From Bacillaceae bacterium (GTDB taxonomy: Bacteria > Bacillota > Bacilli > JACDOE01), in the NCBI GenBank assembly GCA_017656255.1, contig JACDOE010000010.1, positions 36,400 to 100,399 on the forward strand: a stretch of DNA of 64,000 nt, in the 5' to 3' direction. Shown here piece after piece: positions 59,865-64,000 of this stretch. The position numbers and the translations under genes are program-made. The notes below the pieces were generated by a model. That model saw nothing but the letters and a program-made list of their open reading frames with translations. It had not been told where the DNA came from and made no database searches. Position 1 is the stretch's first letter. The number at the start of each line of letters is the position of its first letter.

Positions 59865-60803
59865 CTAAAAGATCTGTTCCTTGAAAAAGAATCCGGTGGT
59901 CAGCGGACGTCCGTCAGGTTGCATCGCTTCTAACTGTTGTCTCAGTTCAGACGCCTGTTGCTCATAGTCAACAGGGTTCTCCAGATACAGATCGATAGCT
60001 TCCCGGTACGCTTTCACCACGTTAATCTGGTAATCCGCCGATTTCATCAACCCATCCACTTTCAGGCTGTCGATGCCGGCGTCAAGGAGTTCCGACAGGT
60101 GGTCAATCATGCAGACATCCTCGGCACTCATGATATGGGTACCGTGATCATCTTCGTAAATGGGGTATTTATAATCTTCCCTTTTTTCTTCCCTGATAAA
60201 TAAACGGCGCTCAAGTGACGTATCCCGGTCCCGGTCTTCTCCGCGATGGGTCAGGTAGTTGGTAACCAGATCCCGCTTCGAGTGAAACATACACATTATG
60301 CCGTGCACCTGAACCTGGATCTCCAGATTGGCCTGCTCCTTGGTTTCAATAATCTCTTCCATATTCAGCTCCCGGGCGAGATCGGCACGACTTGCTCCCC
60401 GGGATGCCCAGTAATTGATGGTCGCCACATTGGTGGTCGTGATTTCCGTACTGAAATGAAGCGGTATCTCGGGAATCTCCGCCCGCGCCGTCATCAAGAC
60501 TGCCGGATCGCTGAATACAATCGCATCCACACCGGCTTCTCCCAGTTCAGACAGATAGGCGGGCAGGCCGTCCAGGTCTTCATTATGCATCAGACTGTTG
60601 ACGGCAACATAGAGCTTCGCTCCTTTTTCCCGGGTGTATGCGGCGGCCGTGCGGATCTCTTCCATGCTAAACCTGCCGGGGGTGCGCAGGGCGTACTTTT
60701 CGCCTCCTATATGAACAGCATCGGCACCCGCTTCGATGACGCCTTTCAGTTCATCAAAATCAGCTGCCGTTGCCAGCAGTTCCGGTTTCTTCATCGGTTT
60801 CAC
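59865..60803 (-). CDS. U32-family peptidase (YrrN/TrhP1-like)
   Basis: U32 N-terminal region (ELLATAADFDELK...AVHIGG). Confidence 0.75.
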   Translation of the reverse strand: MKPMKKPELLATAADFDELKGVIEAGADAVHIGGEKYALRTPGRFSMEEIRTAAAYTREKGAKLYVAVNSLMHNEDLDGLPAYLSELGEAGVDAIVFSDPAVLMTARAEIPEIPLHFSTEITTTNVATINYWASRGASRADLARELNMEEIIETKEQANLEIQVQVHGIMCMFHSKRDLVTNYLTHRGEDRDRDTSLERRLFIREEKREDYKYPIYEDDHGTHIMSAEDVCMIDHLSELLDAGIDSLKVDGLMKSADYQINVVKAYREAIDLYLENPVDYEQQASELRQQLEAMQPDGRPLTTGFFFKEQIF

Positions 60804-61440
60804 CTCTTTTTACGCCAACCGCCAGTCCGTCCCCGACCGGAATAAAAGACACGTCCAGTTGCGGATGGCGGCTCAAATACGCATTAAATGCCTTCAGTTT
60901 CTCAACAAGCTGTCTGTAACGGCCGGAGGGGGGCTCATCTTCCGCCACCATGCCGCGAAACAGCACGTTGTCACAGACGAGAATCCCCTGTTCTTTTAAC
61001 CGGGGAAAATATAAGTCAAAATAAGTGCGATATTGCCCCTTGGCCGCATCCAGAAAAATAAGATCAAAGGTATAGTGATCAGGCAAACCATCCCGGGCAT
61101 CTCCTTCGATCACTTCCACCCGGTCCCGTACTCCGGCCTGTTCCAGGTTGTTCAGGGCGCGCGTGACCCGGTCCGGATCCAGTTCCATGGTGGTTATCCG
61201 GGCGCGGGGAGCGGCCAGGGCCAGCCAGATGGTGGAGTATCCGATGGCTGTTCCTACTTCCAAAATCCGGGTCGGCTGCCGGGCGGCAACCAGGGTGGCG
61301 AGAAACTGTATCGCCGGCAGCTGCATAACCGGAATATTTTCTTGCGCGGCCTCCCGTTCCAGCCGTTCAAGCAGCGGCGTTCTGGGGGGAACGAGTTGCT
61401 GGAGATAGGCCTCTGTTTTCGGGTCCGTGATCGTCATCAA
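60760..61440 (-). CDS. SAM-dependent O-methyltransferase (YrrM/TrmR-like)
   Basis: Class I MTase motif (ILEVGTAIGYS) in an O-methyltransferase family 3 context. Confidence 0.7.
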   Translation of the reverse strand: MMTITDPKTEAYLQQLVPPRTPLLERLEREAAQENIPVMQLPAIQFLATLVAARQPTRILEVGTAIGYSTIWLALAAPRARITTMELDPDRVTRALNNLEQAGVRDRVEVIEGDARDGLPDHYTFDLIFLDAAKGQYRTYFDLYFPRLKEQGILVCDNVLFRGMVAEDEPPSGRYRQLVEKLKAFNAYLSRHPQLDVSFIPVGDGLAVGVKRGETDEETGTAGNGS

Positions 61441-61443
61441 TGG

Positions 61444-62568
61444 TCACTCCGTTCCCAGCTCGCGCTGGTTCTGTTTGCTTTTGGCGATGTTTCGCTGATG
61501 CTCGGGAAATGTCTCGGCAAAATAATGCTCGCCGGATCCGTCTTTTTTGGTCACGTAATAGAAATACGGGTGTTCTTCAGGATAAACCACCGCTTCCAGG
61601 GATTTGCGTCCCGGGCTTCCGATCGGTCCGGGAGGAAGTCCTTTTTGAATGTAGGTATTGTAAGGATCTTTGATCTCCAGATCCTCATAGGTCACGATTT
61701 CCTTCTGTTCTCCCAGAATGTACTGAATGGTGGCATCCGCCTGAAGCAGCATATCGATGGCCATTCGATTGTAGTAAACGCCTGCCACTTTGGCCCGTTC
61801 TTTATCGGAGCGGACTTCCCGTTCCACGATGGAAGCGAGGGTGACAGCGTCATGTATCGTCAGCCTTTTCTGTTCCATGACCTGTTGCCATTCTGCTTTA
61901 AATTCGGTGTCAAATTGTTTTAGCATGCGGTTGATAATATCATGCTCAGTGGCCCCGACTTCCATTTCATAGGTCTCGGGAAACAGGTAGCCTTCCAGGC
62001 GGTATTTGATGTCTGGATTGTCCGGAATCTGTTTGACAAAGTCGTAATCAAACTGACCCTCATTAACCTCTTTTAAAAAAGTTTCCCGGTCCACCAGTTC
62101 CTGTGCAGCCAGCCGGTCCGCAATCTGCTCGACGGTGAACCCTTCCGGAATGGTAAAGGTGAAGGTTTCCATATAGGTATCGCCTTTGACCAGTTTTTCC
62201 AGAATCTCTTCCTTGGATACGCCGGGTGTGAATTGATAGTCCCCGGCCTTTAACTGGCTCCCTTTTTCCGTGTATTTAATATAGTAATTAAAGATAGTAG
62301 CATTTTTAATCAGTCCGTTATCCTCCAGAATCTGAGCAATCTTCAAGCTGGTCGCTCCGGACGGAATAGTGACGATAACCGGTTCCACATCCCCGGACGC
62401 TTCGACTGGCTCAAGATTACTGAAAATGTAGGCAGCCAAGCCTCCCAGACCGGCAATTCCCAGGATAACGACTGTCATGACTGAAATGATGAGTATTTTC
62501 CAGATATTCGTGCCAGATTGATTTTCTTTGAATCCCACGAGGATTCCCCTCCTCTCACCAGATTCCAT
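61444..62568 (-). CDS. mltG: Endolytic murein transglycosylase MltG (YceG-like)
   Basis: N-terminal TM and YceG-like domain; conserved position in the yrr cluster. Confidence 0.8.
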   Translation of the reverse strand: MESGERRGILVGFKENQSGTNIWKILIISVMTVVILGIAGLGGLAAYIFSNLEPVEASGDVEPVIVTIPSGATSLKIAQILEDNGLIKNATIFNYYIKYTEKGSQLKAGDYQFTPGVSKEEILEKLVKGDTYMETFTFTIPEGFTVEQIADRLAAQELVDRETFLKEVNEGQFDYDFVKQIPDNPDIKYRLEGYLFPETYEMEVGATEHDIINRMLKQFDTEFKAEWQQVMEQKRLTIHDAVTLASIVEREVRSDKERAKVAGVYYNRMAIDMLLQADATIQYILGEQKEIVTYEDLEIKDPYNTYIQKGLPPGPIGSPGRKSLEAVVYPEEHPYFYYVTKKDGSGEHYFAETFPEHQRNIAKSKQNQRELGTE

Positions 62569-62616
62569 TATACAATAACGGGGAAAATAAAAAAAACGGC
62601 TGAACCTGCTTGAAGA

Positions 62617-62931
62617 TCAGCCGTTCTCCTTATGTTTGAAATACAACCATTCATCATAGGCGTCTGCTACCTGTTCCCATTCCTGGTCATCCTCAATCGG
62701 TTCCACCCGGTGATGATCGCCATCCAGCTGATACCGGTAGATATAGAGATCATCCCGTCTGGCGTCCTGCGGAAGCAGACAGGCATAAAATTCTCCGCTG
62801 ATTTCCAGTTCCGCAACGATGTGGCAGGGAACTTCCTGTGCATCTTCCTGCAGTGACAGCCGGGATCCGATTTTCTCACGCAACAGTTGTATTTCTCTGG
62901 CCAGCGGCCGGTTCGAGGACAAGGTCATCAC
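62617..62931 (-). CDS. DUF1292-family protein (tandem copy 2)
   Basis: Paralogous to the upstream DUF1292 gene (shared YxCLxPxE...EPIEDDQEWE pattern). Confidence 0.5.
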   Translation of the reverse strand: MMTLSSNRPLAREIQLLREKIGSRLSLQEDAQEVPCHIVAELEISGEFYACLLPQDARRDDLYIYRYQLDGDHHRVEPIEDDQEWEQVADAYDEWLYFKHKENG

Positions 62932-63272
62932 CCTTGCTGGTCATCAGTTTCTGCTTCATGAACCAGTGTTTCAAAAGTCTGCTGGACATTTTCCCATTCC
63001 TGTTCATCTTCAATGGGTTCCAGTGTATCCGTTCCGTTGTAGCGCAGGAAATAGACATCATATTCTTCCTCGGTCTGCTGTTCGACCGGAACCAGGCACA
63101 GATAGGTCTGGTCCTCAATATCGAATGCATACATAATGGTAAAGTCTTTTTCAAACTCCTCATTGCCTTCTTCGGTCAGGGTGATTGTTTCACCGACTTC
63201 AATCCCATCCAACATAGGAAAATTATCATCCCTTCTTTCAAAATTTACAGGCCGGTGGATGACCTGTTTCAC
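62928..63272 (-). CDS. DUF1292-family protein (YrzB-like)
   Basis: Acidic ~110-aa protein with the [10 protein letters not shown] motif; directly downstream of ruvX. Confidence 0.55.
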   Translation of the reverse strand: MKQVIHRPVNFERRDDNFPMLDGIEVGETITLTEEGNEEFEKDFTIMYAFDIEDQTYLCLVPVEQQTEEEYDVYFLRYNGTDTLEPIEDEQEWENVQQTFETLVHEAETDDQQG

Positions 63273-63694
63273 TCCTTCAACTGGTTTCCCCTGTAATCCA
63301 GATAACTCTGAAGGATCATCACCGCAGCCATCTTGTCGATGACGCGTTTGCGTTTCTTACGGCTGACATCGGCTGAGAGAAGGGCACGTTCAGCGGCCAT
63401 GGTGGTCAGTCGCTCATCCCACATGGTAACGGGGAGGTCCAGCGACGCTTCCAGCTGTCCGGCAAAACGCTGACATTCCTCCCCTCTGAAACCGATGGAT
63501 CCATTCATATTTTTGGGAAGACCTACGACGATGTGACGGACCTGATATTCATTGACAAGTTCCTGTAAACGTCTGATGTCCGTTTGAAGATCACGGCGAC
63601 GGATCGTTTCGATGCCCTGGGCAGTCCAGCCCATTTCATCACTGACCGCAACACCGATTGTCTTCTCCCCGACATCAAGTGCCATGATTCTCAT
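63269..63694 (-). CDS. ruvX: Holliday junction resolvase-like RuvX (YqgF)
   Basis: N-terminal [16 protein letters not shown] and conserved GLPKNMNGS region. Confidence 0.85.
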   Translation of the reverse strand: MRIMALDVGEKTIGVAVSDEMGWTAQGIETIRRRDLQTDIRRLQELVNEYQVRHIVVGLPKNMNGSIGFRGEECQRFAGQLEASLDLPVTMWDERLTTMAAERALLSADVSRKKRKRVIDKMAAVMILQSYLDYRGNQLKE

Positions 63695-63752
63695 TGTTTA
63701 CTGACTCCTGTTTTTTAGTGTGGCAACGGAAAGCGGCAAATATTCATCGCTT

Positions 63753-63995
63753 TTACCTGCTGTGCTGGTTCAGATAAGATCTGACCAGTTCTTCGATGAG
63801 TTCGTCTCTTTCCAGTTTGCGAATAATGGTGCGGGCATTGTTGTGCCTCGGGATATAAGCCGGGTCTCCGGACAGAAGGTAGCCGACGATCTGGTTGATG
63901 GGATTGTATCCTTTCTCCTCCAGAGCCTGATAGACTGTGAGAAGTGCTTCCTGGGCACTGATCTCCACTTCTTCCGTCTTCATATTGAATTTCAT
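63753..63995 (-). CDS. IreB-family protein (UPF0297, YrzL-like); N-terminus may lie beyond the window
   Basis: [21 protein letters not shown] core typical of YrzL/IreB; the reading frame is open to the window edge. Confidence 0.7.
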   Translation of the reverse strand: MKFNMKTEEVEISAQEALLTVYQALEEKGYNPINQIVGYLLSGDPAYIPRHNNARTIIRKLERDELIEELVRSYLNQHSR

Positions 63996-64000
63996 AGTCC

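Overview
This 64 kb window looks like chromosome from a sporulating, motile Firmicute (Bacillaceae-like); the core is roughly 50% GC by eye, and no composition statistics or database searches were run. The right two thirds (about 21.7-64 kb) is ordinary core genome: a TetR-controlled ABC-2 exporter, dapA behind a lysine riboswitch, two tandem chemoreceptor genes each behind a c-di-GMP-I riboswitch, motAB, a GGDEF cyclase and HD-GYP phosphodiesterase, a KamA-family radical SAM enzyme, a class B PBP, and the conserved yrr cluster (U32 peptidase pair, O-methyltransferase, mltG, DUF1292, ruvX, ireB/yrzL). The left third (about 3.9-21.6 kb) is a strongly AT-rich accessory region interleaved with the sporulation sigma factor gene sigK. 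An intact sigK (8150-8887, minus strand) is flanked by an almost exact copy of its 3' end (3545-3920) and a near-exact copy of its 5' end (15292-15561), which cut the accessory DNA into three blocks. Block A carries a methyltransferase, an MFS transporter, a possible transposase remnant and a prenyltransferase-repeat protein. Block B is a 7-gene minus-strand operon: two small proteins, an Ogg-type HhH-GPD glycosylase-like protein, a PfkB kinase fused to a nucleoside 2-deoxyribosyltransferase-like domain, a QueC-like enzyme, an HD-domain dNTPase-like protein and a Panacea-like protein. Block C carries a Hen1-Pnkp RNA repair pair and a Spo0M-like membrane protein. Block B is the best candidate for an undescribed nucleotide/nucleobase-modification or defence system. 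It shares QueC-like and Ogg-like components with type IV CBASS accessory modules but has no cyclase, no TGT-like gene and no recognisable effector. No tRNA, rRNA, CRISPR array or recombinase was recognised.
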